DNA from: Armatimonadota bacterium
GTDB lineage: Bacteria; Armatimonadota; Hebobacteria; Hebobacterales; Hebobacteraceae
Reading direction: 5' to 3'
Length of the DNA: 62,674 bases
Assembly (NCBI GenBank): GCA_050010895.1
Contig: JBEKKD010000001.1
Coordinates: 1 to 62,674, forward strand
A program made the position numbers and the translations under genes. Below the pieces are notes generated by a model that was not told the origin of the DNA, searched no databases, and was given only the letters and a program-made list of their open reading frames with translations. Positions within the stretch are counted from its first letter, which is position 1. Every line of letters starts with the position of its first letter. This document shows positions 41,062-49,448 of the stretch, in pieces.

Positions 41062-41191
41062 GCCCGAAGCGCTGGAGCCTACCCCCCGCCGGCCTGAGCG
41101 ATATACGGACTGCGTCTCCTTCCTCCGCCCGCGGTTGACACCTCCCCCGCATTCCTCTATCCTCCAAACACCTCCACGGTGGACAGCAGTC

Positions 41192-43021
41192 ATGTACCTC
41201 CTGAAACTCCTACTCCATCTGCTGCGGCCTCAGCGGCGGCGCATTGCGCTTCTGTTCACCATCATCTTCCTCGCCTCGCTGGTCGAGGTCGCGATCCTTC
41301 CTGCACTGCTCGGCGGCATCCTCAACCTCTTCCAGCCCAAGCACATCACGCTGCACAAATGGATGACCGCCTACCCGTTTTTCGTGCACGCAGCCGATGG
41401 ACTGAACCGACTGTTCGAGGGCTCGGCCCGGACGCGCGTGCATCTGCTCATGATTCTGATCGGGGTGACGCTCGCGGTGGCCGCGCTGCGATCGGCTCTC
41501 GCCTACAGCCGTGACTACCTGGGTCAGTACGTAGGCGGCCGAGCCCTGGTTGACCTGCGCCTGCAGTTGTTCGAGCGGCTTCAGCGCCTCTCGCTGACGT
41601 TCTTCGAGTCCCAGCGGGTGGGCGATCTCATGTCCCGCCTGACGACGGACGTGGGCCTGGTGCAGCAGTTGGTCACGACCGACATGACCTACTACATCGC
41701 GTCGCCACCCATTATCGTGATGGGCCTGGGGGTGATGCTCTACCTCAACTGGCGACTCACGCTCTTCATCGTCATCTTCGCTCCGCTTACCACCTACGTC
41801 ATCTCGCGTACCGGGCGCAGGATCGGCCGGCTCACGCGAAAGCAGCAGGAACGGATCGGCGATATCAACGCTCGGCTCCACGAGCGGCTCGCCTCGATCC
41901 GCGTCATCCAGTCGTTTGCCCGCGAGAGCTACGAGATCGAGCAGTTCGGGGGGTTGAACGAGAGCAGCTTCGACGCGATCATGCGAGTGGCGCGGGTGAG
42001 CGCGCTCTCCCCGCAGGTGATTCAGTTTCTCTCGACTGCCGCGTTCGCCATCGCGGCGGGATACGCGGGCATCCTCATCGTGAACGGCCAGCTCGACGTC
42101 AACTCGCTGATGGTGTACTTCGTCGTGACGCAGCGAGTGGGCGTGTACTTCGTCAAGTTCGGCACATTGAACCTGCGGGTGCACCAGTCGCTCGCCGCTC
42201 TCGGGCGGGTGGCAGAGATCACCATGAGAGAGCCCGACGTGCAGGAGCGACCCGGCGCGCGACCGCTCCCGCCGGTCGAGGGGCGCGTGGCGCTCAAGAA
42301 TGTAAGCTTCCGCTACCCCGAGGGCGATGCCGTTCTCACGAATGTGGACGTGGAGGCGGCGCCCGGCGAAGTGGTGGCCCTGGTGGGCCCGTCCGGCGCG
42401 GGGAAGACCAGTCTGGCGAACCTGGTGATGCGCTTTTACGATCCGAGGGAGGGCCGAGTTGAGGTGGACGGCCACGATGTGCGCGAGGTGACGCTGCATT
42501 CGCTGCGCTCGCAGATCGGTCTCGTCCCGCAGGACACGATCCTCTTCGGTGGGACCATCAAGGACAACATCCTCTACGGCCGGTTCGGCGCAAGCGACGA
42601 GGAGGTCGTCGAGGCGGCGAATGCGGCGAATGCGCACGATTTCATCATGAACCTGCCGCAGCAATACGAGACGGAGGTGGGCGAGCGGGGCGTGAAGCTG
42701 TCGGGCGGGCAGCGCCAGCGGATCGCAATCGCTCGCGCCGTGCTCAAGGATCCACGCATTCTCATCCTCGATGAGGCCACCAGCGCCCTCGACTCAGAGT
42801 CGGAAGCGCTCGTGCAGGATGCGCTCGATAGGCTGATGAAGGGGAGGACGACGCTGGTGATCGCCCATCGTCTCTCAACTATCCGTCGGGCGCACCGCAT
42901 TCTCGTCCTGTCCGATGGCCGAATCGTGGAGTCGGGCACGCACGACGAGCTGATCGCGCGCGAGGGAAGATACGCCCGATTGTACCGGTCGTACGGTGAG
43001 GCGCATGTCAGCCCCGGCTGA
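41192..43021 (+). CDS. ABC exporter, fused permease/ATPase (second MsbA-like paralog)
   Basis: The ORF track gives 41045..43021. The start is placed at MYLLKLLLHLLRPQRRR. It has a 6-TM exporter domain, Walker A GPSGAGKTS, signature LSGGQRQR and Walker B ILILDEATSALD. Confidence 0.85.
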   Translation: MYLLKLLLHLLRPQRRRIALLFTIIFLASLVEVAILPALLGGILNLFQPKHITLHKWMTAYPFFVHAADGLNRLFEGSARTRVHLLMILIGVTLAVAALRSALAYSRDYLGQYVGGRALVDLRLQLFERLQRLSLTFFESQRVGDLMSRLTTDVGLVQQLVTTDMTYYIASPPIIVMGLGVMLYLNWRLTLFIVIFAPLTTYVISRTGRRIGRLTRKQQERIGDINARLHERLASIRVIQSFARESYEIEQFGGLNESSFDAIMRVARVSALSPQVIQFLSTAAFAIAAGYAGILIVNGQLDVNSLMVYFVVTQRVGVYFVKFGTLNLRVHQSLAALGRVAEITMREPDVQERPGARPLPPVEGRVALKNVSFRYPEGDAVLTNVDVEAAPGEVVALVGPSGAGKTSLANLVMRFYDPREGRVEVDGHDVREVTLHSLRSQIGLVPQDTILFGGTIKDNILYGRFGASDEEVVEAANAANAHDFIMNLPQQYETEVGERGVKLSGGQRQRIAIARAVLKDPRILILDEATSALDSESEALVQDALDRLMKGRTTLVIAHRLSTIRRAHRILVLSDGRIVESGTHDELIAREGRYARLYRSYGEAHVSPG

Positions 43022-43038
43022 GCAGAAGCAGGCGCGAC

Positions 43039-44058
43039 ATGGATGAGGGAACCGGCGGCGGGGGCGGGGGCCGGGCGCCGCGCTCGCAGTCTATCGATCT
43101 ATCGATCATCATCATCAATTGGAACACGGCCGATTACCTGGCCGGGTGCCTGGATTCCCTGGCGAACTGCGGCCTGGACGGGCTGTCCGCGGAAGTCTGG
43201 GTTATAGACAACGCGTCCACCGACGGCAGCGCGGACCTCGTCCGCAGTCGCTACCCATGGGTCCGTCTGGAGGCCAACGCGTCGAACCTCGGATTCGCCG
43301 CGGCGAACAACGCGGTGATGCGGAAGGCCGAGGGGCGCGTCTTCTTCCTGCTGAATGCCGACATGGTAGTTCCGCCTTCGACCACCGCGGCCCTGTTCTC
43401 CCGCATTGCCGCTGCCCCCGACGTTGGGGCCGCGGCCAGTCGCCAGGTAGACGCGCAAGGCAACACGCTGGAATCATGCGTGTTCGACTACATGGACGGC
43501 AGGATTCCGGGGTCGGTAGACCCGCCTCAGCCATCGGATGACCGAAAGTGGATCGAGGCCGCCTGGGTGTGGGGGTCGGGCATGATGGTGCGCCGGGAGG
43601 TGTTCGAGCGAATCGGCGGGTTCGACGAGAGCTTCTTCATGTACTACGAGGATCTCGAGTGGTGTTGGCGGATGCGGCGGGCGGGCTGGCGCGTGCGCTA
43701 CTGTGATGACGTCCACGTGCAGCACTTCGTCCGGCGCAGCACATCCCGAGTTCCCGCCCGGACGACGGCGACACGCCTGGTCGCCGGCGAACTCTTACTG
43801 ATGCAGCGCTTCATGTCTCCTCGGCGCTTCCGCAAATTCCTCGTCGGGAGGTTCCTCTACTCGCTTCGCGGCATCGCGTTCTACCGGGTGATGCTCGCGC
43901 TGGCGCCGTGCGAGAAATACCACACGAAGTATCTGCGGTATCTGACGAACGTGAGCGCCATCGCGATGCGAAGCCCGATCGCGCAGGAGCTGGGGCATCG
44001 CTGGTCGCGAGTTCTGGGCCGAGACAGGAGCCACCCGCCTGTGGTAGGAGGGAACTAG
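43039..44058 (+). CDS. glycosyltransferase family 2
   Basis: 339-aa ORF with LSIIIINWNTADYL...IDNASTDGS and the YYEDLEWCWR region, typical of rhamnosyltransferase-like GT2 enzymes. Confidence 0.85.
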   Translation: MDEGTGGGGGGRAPRSQSIDLSIIIINWNTADYLAGCLDSLANCGLDGLSAEVWVIDNASTDGSADLVRSRYPWVRLEANASNLGFAAANNAVMRKAEGRVFFLLNADMVVPPSTTAALFSRIAAAPDVGAAASRQVDAQGNTLESCVFDYMDGRIPGSVDPPQPSDDRKWIEAAWVWGSGMMVRREVFERIGGFDESFFMYYEDLEWCWRMRRAGWRVRYCDDVHVQHFVRRSTSRVPARTTATRLVAGELLLMQRFMSPRRFRKFLVGRFLYSLRGIAFYRVMLALAPCEKYHTKYLRYLTNVSAIAMRSPIAQELGHRWSRVLGRDRSHPPVVGGN

Positions 44059-47000
44059 GCGGAGCCGGAGACCTCTTCAGGTTTCTTGAGATCCCCTCGT
44101 CGAGCCGCCTTGCGCTCTTTGACCTGAGACATGAACGAGACGATCTTCGCGTCCCTGCTCGCATCCACAAACCCATCGTAGTCCAGGTTCAGGAACGGGA
44201 TATTGTCATGGTGCCGCCGGAACGCCTGCGACAGCATCGTCACCGTCATTCCGGGCATGCAGTTGAACGGGGCCACGCTGACGATCCCGTCCAAGTGCCG
44301 CTTCGCGAAATCGCGGGCCTTGCCCATGCTGCAGATGGCCTCGCCCCCGAAGGTCGGGTGAATGTAGCGCGAACCCGCTTCGATCAGCTCATCGGGCCCG
44401 ATGTCGTCGAACCCATCGAGGTACGGCAGCGTGGCGGTGAACAAGTGATGCTCGTCGCGGACTGCGATCCCGCTCATCAGCCGTCCGCCGAAGATGTCGC
44501 GCAGGTCCTCCCAGGCGCGTGAGTCCTCCCAGCGATCTGCCGCGAGCAGCGAGCCGATGCTGTTGCAGTAGCTGAAGAATTCAGTCGTGGGCGCCAGCCA
44601 CACCTCCGCGCCGGCCCGCTCAAGCTTGCGAATGATCTCCTGATTCGAGCCGTCGTGGATGCGCACGAAGAACTCACCGACCATGCCGATGATCGGGCGC
44701 GGCTCGGCGTCCGTGCGCCGGGGCACTCCGGCAAGATCGCGCTGGGCGCGGCGCAGGAGATCCTCCAGGGCGCGGGTGTGACGACCGGCGATCAGCCGAA
44801 GCCGGCCGGAGCTCGACGTGAGGATGCGGCGCTGGTGCGGCATCAGCTCGCACGCCTTCCGCAAGTAATGCTCGAAGATGGTGTCGCTGGTCCCCGCGCG
44901 AGCCTCGTACGGCCGGGTATGCAGGCGCATCTTGTCCAGCATGTCGTGCGCCAGGAATCCTGGCCAGGCCACGAGGAGGAAATCCATTCCCAGGCCGCCG
45001 TGCGCACTGCGATTGCCCAGGGCCACGATGTCAACGTCCTGGAGTCCCATCTTATCGAGGATGCGGCGCTGCATCATGCAGTACATTCCGAATCGGCATG
45101 GCCCCTCGGACTGCCCCTGGAAGAAGGCCTCTTTCGCGGGATCGAAGTTGGGCGCGTTGACACGTTCGAGGATGTCCTGAGTCGTGACCAGCATCGGCAG
45201 ACACACATCCTCGGAGATCGCCCGCCGTGCCAGATTCATCCCGGGGTCGGCCGACCTGGGCAGCGGTGCGGCGTCGATGCCCCATGCCTGCAGCGCGGCC
45301 GACAACATGTCCGCCGCTCCGGACGCATCGGGGATCCACAGCCGCTTGCTCCCTAGCTGCAGGATCGGGGTGTCGTCTGTCGTGAAGCCCGCGTGCGACC
45401 CCTTGCCGTTCCTGCCGGCGGCGGTGTCGGCGAACGCCTCCATTCGGGTGATAACGCCCGCGTCGGCCGTGTGCTCGTCTATCTGCATGACGTAGCACGG
45501 TTCACCGACCTCGTCCTTGAAGAACGGGTTTGCGAACGAGTCAGGGCCGCAGGCGAAGTAGGTGAGCACGACCGCACGCAGCCTGGGGTCTTTGGACACC
45601 AGGCGGGCCGCTGCAAGTTTTTTCTGGATCTGCCGGGAATACGCGTTCGACCAGTGGTCGGAGATGTCTTCGTCGCTCAACGGCAGAAAGTCGAGCGGAA
45701 TGGCGATGATCCCCAGGTCCTGGATCTTCTTTCCGATATCCATGTTGACCGCGGGGTCATAGTTTGTGTAGGGCCTGCCGACAACGATGAAGGCCCGCTG
45801 ATCCTCGCCCAGAGCCTCCATCACCCCTCGGCCCCGCGCCTCAACTTGCGCGCGAAAATCCCGCAGCGACTGCAGGCCGGCGTCGATCGCCAGCTCGATG
45901 TCCGGCCGCGACTTGCCCAACTGCCTGCCGATATCTCGGAACGCTCGGCGCAGGTGGCGGTCGCCCCGCCGGAAGAAGAACCGCGGACGGAGCAGAACCG
46001 GCCCGGACTCATCCAGATGCAGCGCGGCCGCGATCACCTCGGGCGCCGACATCACGTACGGACACGTGTGGCTCTGCCGGAACTTGGCATTCGGCTGCTC
46101 GGTATCGCAGACCCCGGGAAGGAAGATGTAGTCGACTCCCCGCTCGATGAGTTGGACCACATGCCCGTGTGCGACCTTCAGCGGGAAGCAGGGCTCGCCT
46201 GCGACCGCGTTGATCCCCTTCGTGATGATCTCTTTGCTCGATGGGTCGGATGGCAGTACACGCATCCCGAGGGTCTGGAAGAATGCACGGTACAGGGGGT
46301 AGTACTCCGCGAACATCAGGCCCCGCGGGATGCCTACGGTAGGCGCTCCCTCGGGCGCTTCGGCCTCTGTGCCTGCCATGAGCATCTGCTCGCGTTCCGC
46401 GAACAGATCCGGCAGTTGGTCGCCGAGACCGTGTTTGTGAGCGCCACTGTAACGCTCGCAACGATCGTTGTAGTAGTATTTTGGCCCGCCGTCGACCTGG
46501 AAGACGTTGACATCGCAGTGGTTTGCGCAACGGGCGCACTCGAACGACGAGACCTGGTACTGCCCCGTTGCGATGCGGTCGAATCCGCGGAACTTGCTCA
46601 CGGCCGGCCGCTGACGATAGGCGATCACAGCCGCACCCACCGCGCCGGTGATGTGCGGATATGGCGGCACCACGATGGGGCGGCGCAGTATTGTCTCGAA
46701 CGCTGCCACCATCCCTTGGTTGAAGGCGACCGCGCCCTGGAATACCACCGTCTCGCCGATCTCTCTGCTGGCGACATTCTTGTGCAAGTAGTTCTTCGCG
46801 CTCGCCAGACAGAGCCCCGCGCAGAGGTCCTCGATCGGCACGTTGTTCTGCTGGTAGTACACCGACGCCGACTCGGAGAACACCGTGCACGTCCAGTCCA
46901 GGTCGGGCGGCCGCGTGGCTTTCAGTGCCGTAGGGCCGAAATCGGCGATCGCCAGTCCCAGCCGGGCGGCCTGCTTTTCGAGGAACGCACCCGTGCCGGC

Positions 47001-48446
47001 CGCGCACGCTTTGTTCATCTCGAAATCGACGATCACGTCACCTTCGAGACGGATGTACTTCGAATCCTGGCCGCCGATCTCCAGGATCGACTCGACCTCC
47101 GGCAGGAATGCTCTGGCGCCCTGCGCCTGGGTGGTGATCTCGTTCTTGATGACGTCGGCGCCAATGTAATCGCCTGTAAGGTACCGGCCGGAGCCGGTGG
47201 TCGCGGCAACTATCTGGCCGATGGTGAAACCAGCGTCCTCCACCTGACGCTGAATCTGCCCGATGGTGTCCCGGACTGCCGCCAGCGGATCGCCGTCGGT
47301 TCGCCGGTAGAAGCTGGCGAGGATGCGAACCTTGCCGCCAACCTCCGTGACCAGCGCCGCTTTCGTGCTGACCGAGCCAATGTCCACACCCAGAGCTGCC
47401 AGCGCGATCGTGCGAGGCAGGTCGTCGTTCCCGCCATCGCCCTCGAGCGTGCGCGACTGGTCGCGTACCAGCGGCTCAGTGCCCGCGTACTCCAGCGGCC
47501 TCTCGATCTGAGCGTCCAGGGCCGCCAGTGCCTGCACCAGGTCTATGTCGGACTGGGCCCGCAGAGCCGCCCCTATCGCCGCGATGGTGAGGTTGTGCGG
47601 TGGCACGACGATCTGCTCGGGTGCCAGGCGGAGCTCCTTTGCCAGGTACTTCCGGACCGCTGGGTTGAGAGAAACCCCTCCGATGAACAGGACCTGATCC
47701 TCGAACGCTTTGCCGCGCGCAATCGCCGATCGGTAGTTCCGGCAGATCGCGTGGTGAATGCCGGCAGCGATGCGCTCCCGAGGCGTGCCTTTCTGATACA
47801 GGTGGACGATGTCGGATTCCGTGAAAACGGCGCACCGGCCTGAGAGCGAGGCGGGATTCTCCGTCTCGTCCGCCACTCTGGCAAACTCGGCGATCGAGCC
47901 GTAGTTCAGCCGCCGGGACATGTGGTCGAGGAACGACCCGCTGCCGGCAGCGCACTTGCTGCTGAGATTCGCGTCGTCGAGGAGCAGCCTCCCCGATGCT
48001 TCGTCCCAAGCGAACCGGAGGTACTTCTGGGTCTCGCGGCCCATTTCGATGACGGTCCGCGTGTCCGGGTAGAGCAGGTTGCATGCGGCCGCGACGGCGT
48101 TGGGCTCATCGACGGGTTCGACGCCAAGCAGGTGCGCAACCTGAGGCGCGCCGCTGCCCGTGAGCCCGACTCGCGCCGCGGACACGCCTGTCTCGCGGAC
48201 CTGCTGGAGGATCTCGCGGACCCGCTCGAACGGCTTCCCCCTGACCGGGACGACCGCCAACTGCTGCACCCGCGCGACACTGTCGGGCCTTTCACGGTCG
48301 GCGTTCCCACCTACGAGGACCGCCTTGATCGTGTCAGCGCCGATATCGATCCCCAGCCGCGGCGCGCGCGCGGCGCCTTGCAGCGGTTCATCTTTGGGCG
48401 GGGCGGTTGGAAGAGGTCCGCTCTTCGGGTACTGAGTCATTGACAT
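44055..48446 (-). CDS. giant fusion protein: two BcrAD/BadFG-type (2-hydroxyacyl-CoA dehydratase activase-like) ATPase modules + DUF2229/dehydratase-subunit-like domains
   Basis: The ORF track gives 44055..48563, and the likely start is MSMTQYPKS (ATG 48444-48446). It has two ASKHA-fold modules (LGIDIGADTIKAV... and LGVDIGSVSTKAA...), each carrying the activase cluster-ligand motif (SSKCAAGSGSFLDHM and MNKACAAGTGAFLEKQ). A Cys-rich linker (FECARCANHCD) follows, then about 800 aa resembling 'CoA enzyme activase' uncharacterised domains and HgdA/B-like domains. Confidence 0.8.
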   Translation of the reverse strand: MSMTQYPKSGPLPTAPPKDEPLQGAARAPRLGIDIGADTIKAVLVGGNADRERPDSVARVQQLAVVPVRGKPFERVREILQQVRETGVSAARVGLTGSGAPQVAHLLGVEPVDEPNAVAAACNLLYPDTRTVIEMGRETQKYLRFAWDEASGRLLLDDANLSSKCAAGSGSFLDHMSRRLNYGSIAEFARVADETENPASLSGRCAVFTESDIVHLYQKGTPRERIAAGIHHAICRNYRSAIARGKAFEDQVLFIGGVSLNPAVRKYLAKELRLAPEQIVVPPHNLTIAAIGAALRAQSDIDLVQALAALDAQIERPLEYAGTEPLVRDQSRTLEGDGGNDDLPRTIALAALGVDIGSVSTKAALVTEVGGKVRILASFYRRTDGDPLAAVRDTIGQIQRQVEDAGFTIGQIVAATTGSGRYLTGDYIGADVIKNEITTQAQGARAFLPEVESILEIGGQDSKYIRLEGDVIVDFEMNKACAAGTGAFLEKQAARLGLAIADFGPTALKATRPPDLDWTCTVFSESASVYYQQNNVPIEDLCAGLCLASAKNYLHKNVASREIGETVVFQGAVAFNQGMVAAFETILRRPIVVPPYPHITGAVGAAVIAYRQRPAVSKFRGFDRIATGQYQVSSFECARCANHCDVNVFQVDGGPKYYYNDRCERYSGAHKHGLGDQLPDLFAEREQMLMAGTEAEAPEGAPTVGIPRGLMFAEYYPLYRAFFQTLGMRVLPSDPSSKEIITKGINAVAGEPCFPLKVAHGHVVQLIERGVDYIFLPGVCDTEQPNAKFRQSHTCPYVMSAPEVIAAALHLDESGPVLLRPRFFFRRGDRHLRRAFRDIGRQLGKSRPDIELAIDAGLQSLRDFRAQVEARGRGVMEALGEDQRAFIVVGRPYTNYDPAVNMDIGKKIQDLGIIAIPLDFLPLSDEDISDHWSNAYSRQIQKKLAAARLVSKDPRLRAVVLTYFACGPDSFANPFFKDEVGEPCYVMQIDEHTADAGVITRMEAFADTAAGRNGKGSHAGFTTDDTPILQLGSKRLWIPDASGAADMLSAALQAWGIDAAPLPRSADPGMNLARRAISEDVCLPMLVTTQDILERVNAPNFDPAKEAFFQGQSEGPCRFGMYCMMQRRILDKMGLQDVDIVALGNRSAHGGLGMDFLLVAWPGFLAHDMLDKMRLHTRPYEARAGTSDTIFEHYLRKACELMPHQRRILTSSSGRLRLIAGRHTRALEDLLRRAQRDLAGVPRRTDAEPRPIIGMVGEFFVRIHDGSNQEIIRKLERAGAEVWLAPTTEFFSYCNSIGSLLAADRWEDSRAWEDLRDIFGGRLMSGIAVRDEHHLFTATLPYLDGFDDIGPDELIEAGSRYIHPTFGGEAICSMGKARDFAKRHLDGIVSVAPFNCMPGMTVTMLSQAFRRHHDNIPFLNLDYDGFVDASRDAKIVSFMSQVKERKAARRGDLKKPEEVSGSA

Positions 48447-48733
48447 GCTCAAGGCTGACTGTAGTGCAGGAGATGTCAGACTTCGGCACAGGCGAAGCTT
48501 CCGCTCGCCCGGCGCCGGCCGCCTGCGGAACGCGAGATTCGCCGATGCCGTGCGGAGCGACATATGGAATGATACTCAGCCATCTCTCGGCTGTCAACCG
48601 AGGTTTGTTGCTCGGGCGCGGCAGCACCGATCGCGAATACTGCCGCGATAGCAGGCCGCGGCCCTGCAGGTTACTGCGCGATCCAGGCAGAACTATACGT
48701 CGTCGGCTTCCAGCTACCCGCAGAGGGGCATCC

Positions 48734-49423
48734 ATGAGCGACCACGGTCTGGTTATTCGCGATCTCCCGCAACAGGAACGGCCGCGCGAGCGGATGCAGC
48801 AATACGGCCCGGAGGCGCTGTCGAATGCCGAGCTTATTGCCATCCTGCTCCGTGTGGGCTCAAAGGGCGAATCGGCGGTCAGAATGGCAGAAAGGCTGCT
48901 CAGCGAGTTCGGCGGCCTGGTCGGCCTCACCCGTGCCCGCATACCGCAACTCTCAGCGATCCCCGGCATCGGTCTGGCGAAGGCGACTCAGATCAAAGCG
49001 GCGTTCGAGTTGGGCCGCCGCCTCGCCACCACCAGTGATGGCCCGCGGCCCACTATCAACAACGCGTGGGACGCGGCCAAGCTGGTCATGGAGGATCTCC
49101 GGTACCAGCAGCAGGAGCGCTTGGTCGCCATCTTCCTCGACACGCGCAACCAGGTGATCCGCGTCCACACGGTCTCGGTTGGGACCCTGACAGGCAGTCC
49201 GGCCCATCCGAGGGAGATATTCAGAGAAGCTCTCGCTCATGGCTCGGCGAATCTGATCGTCTGCCATAACCACCCATCGGGCGACCCCAGTCCAAGCAGA
49301 GACGACATCGCCCTCACCGCGCGGCTGAAGCAGGCAGGTGACCTGATGGGGGTCACTCTGCTCGATCACATCATCATCGGTGACGGCCGCCATATCTCGC
49401 TCAAGGAGATCGGGAAGCTATAG
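48734..49423 (+). CDS. radC: RadC-family JAB/MPN-domain protein
   Basis: The ORF track gives 48407..49423. The start is placed at MSDHGLVIRDLPQQERPRERM. It has a helix-hairpin-helix region (IPGIGLAKATQIKAAFELGRR) and the JAMM motif VCHNHPSGDPSPSRDD. Confidence 0.9.
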   Translation: MSDHGLVIRDLPQQERPRERMQQYGPEALSNAELIAILLRVGSKGESAVRMAERLLSEFGGLVGLTRARIPQLSAIPGIGLAKATQIKAAFELGRRLATTSDGPRPTINNAWDAAKLVMEDLRYQQQERLVAIFLDTRNQVIRVHTVSVGTLTGSPAHPREIFREALAHGSANLIVCHNHPSGDPSPSRDDIALTARLKQAGDLMGVTLLDHIIIGDGRHISLKEIGKL

Positions 49424-49448
49424 CCCTGCAGGAGTGAGTGGCGGCGTG

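Noticed and set aside
41057-41137. 26-codon TTG ORF overlapping the hicB stop (LSPKRWSLPPAGLSDIRTASPSSARG) as a hicA remnant
   Set aside because: Only a vague resemblance to the HicA N-terminus (PKLP..LSG.E). It is too short, and HicA is normally upstream of hicB. It is not supportable without a profile search.
41210-42664. 484-aa minus-strand ORF antisense to the second MsbA-like gene
   Set aside because: It is a shadow ORF. The plus-strand frame has Walker A, signature and Walker B motifs.
45393-47843. 816-aa plus-strand ORF antisense to the giant activase gene
   Set aside because: It is a shadow ORF. The minus-strand frame carries clear ASKHA/activase motifs, while this frame is Arg/Asp/Leu/Val-rich without motifs.
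48734-49423. RadC/JAB protein as part of a defence island
   Set aside because: It has the canonical length and the HhH plus JAMM architecture of housekeeping RadC. No neighbouring nuclease, methylase or mobile genes are present.
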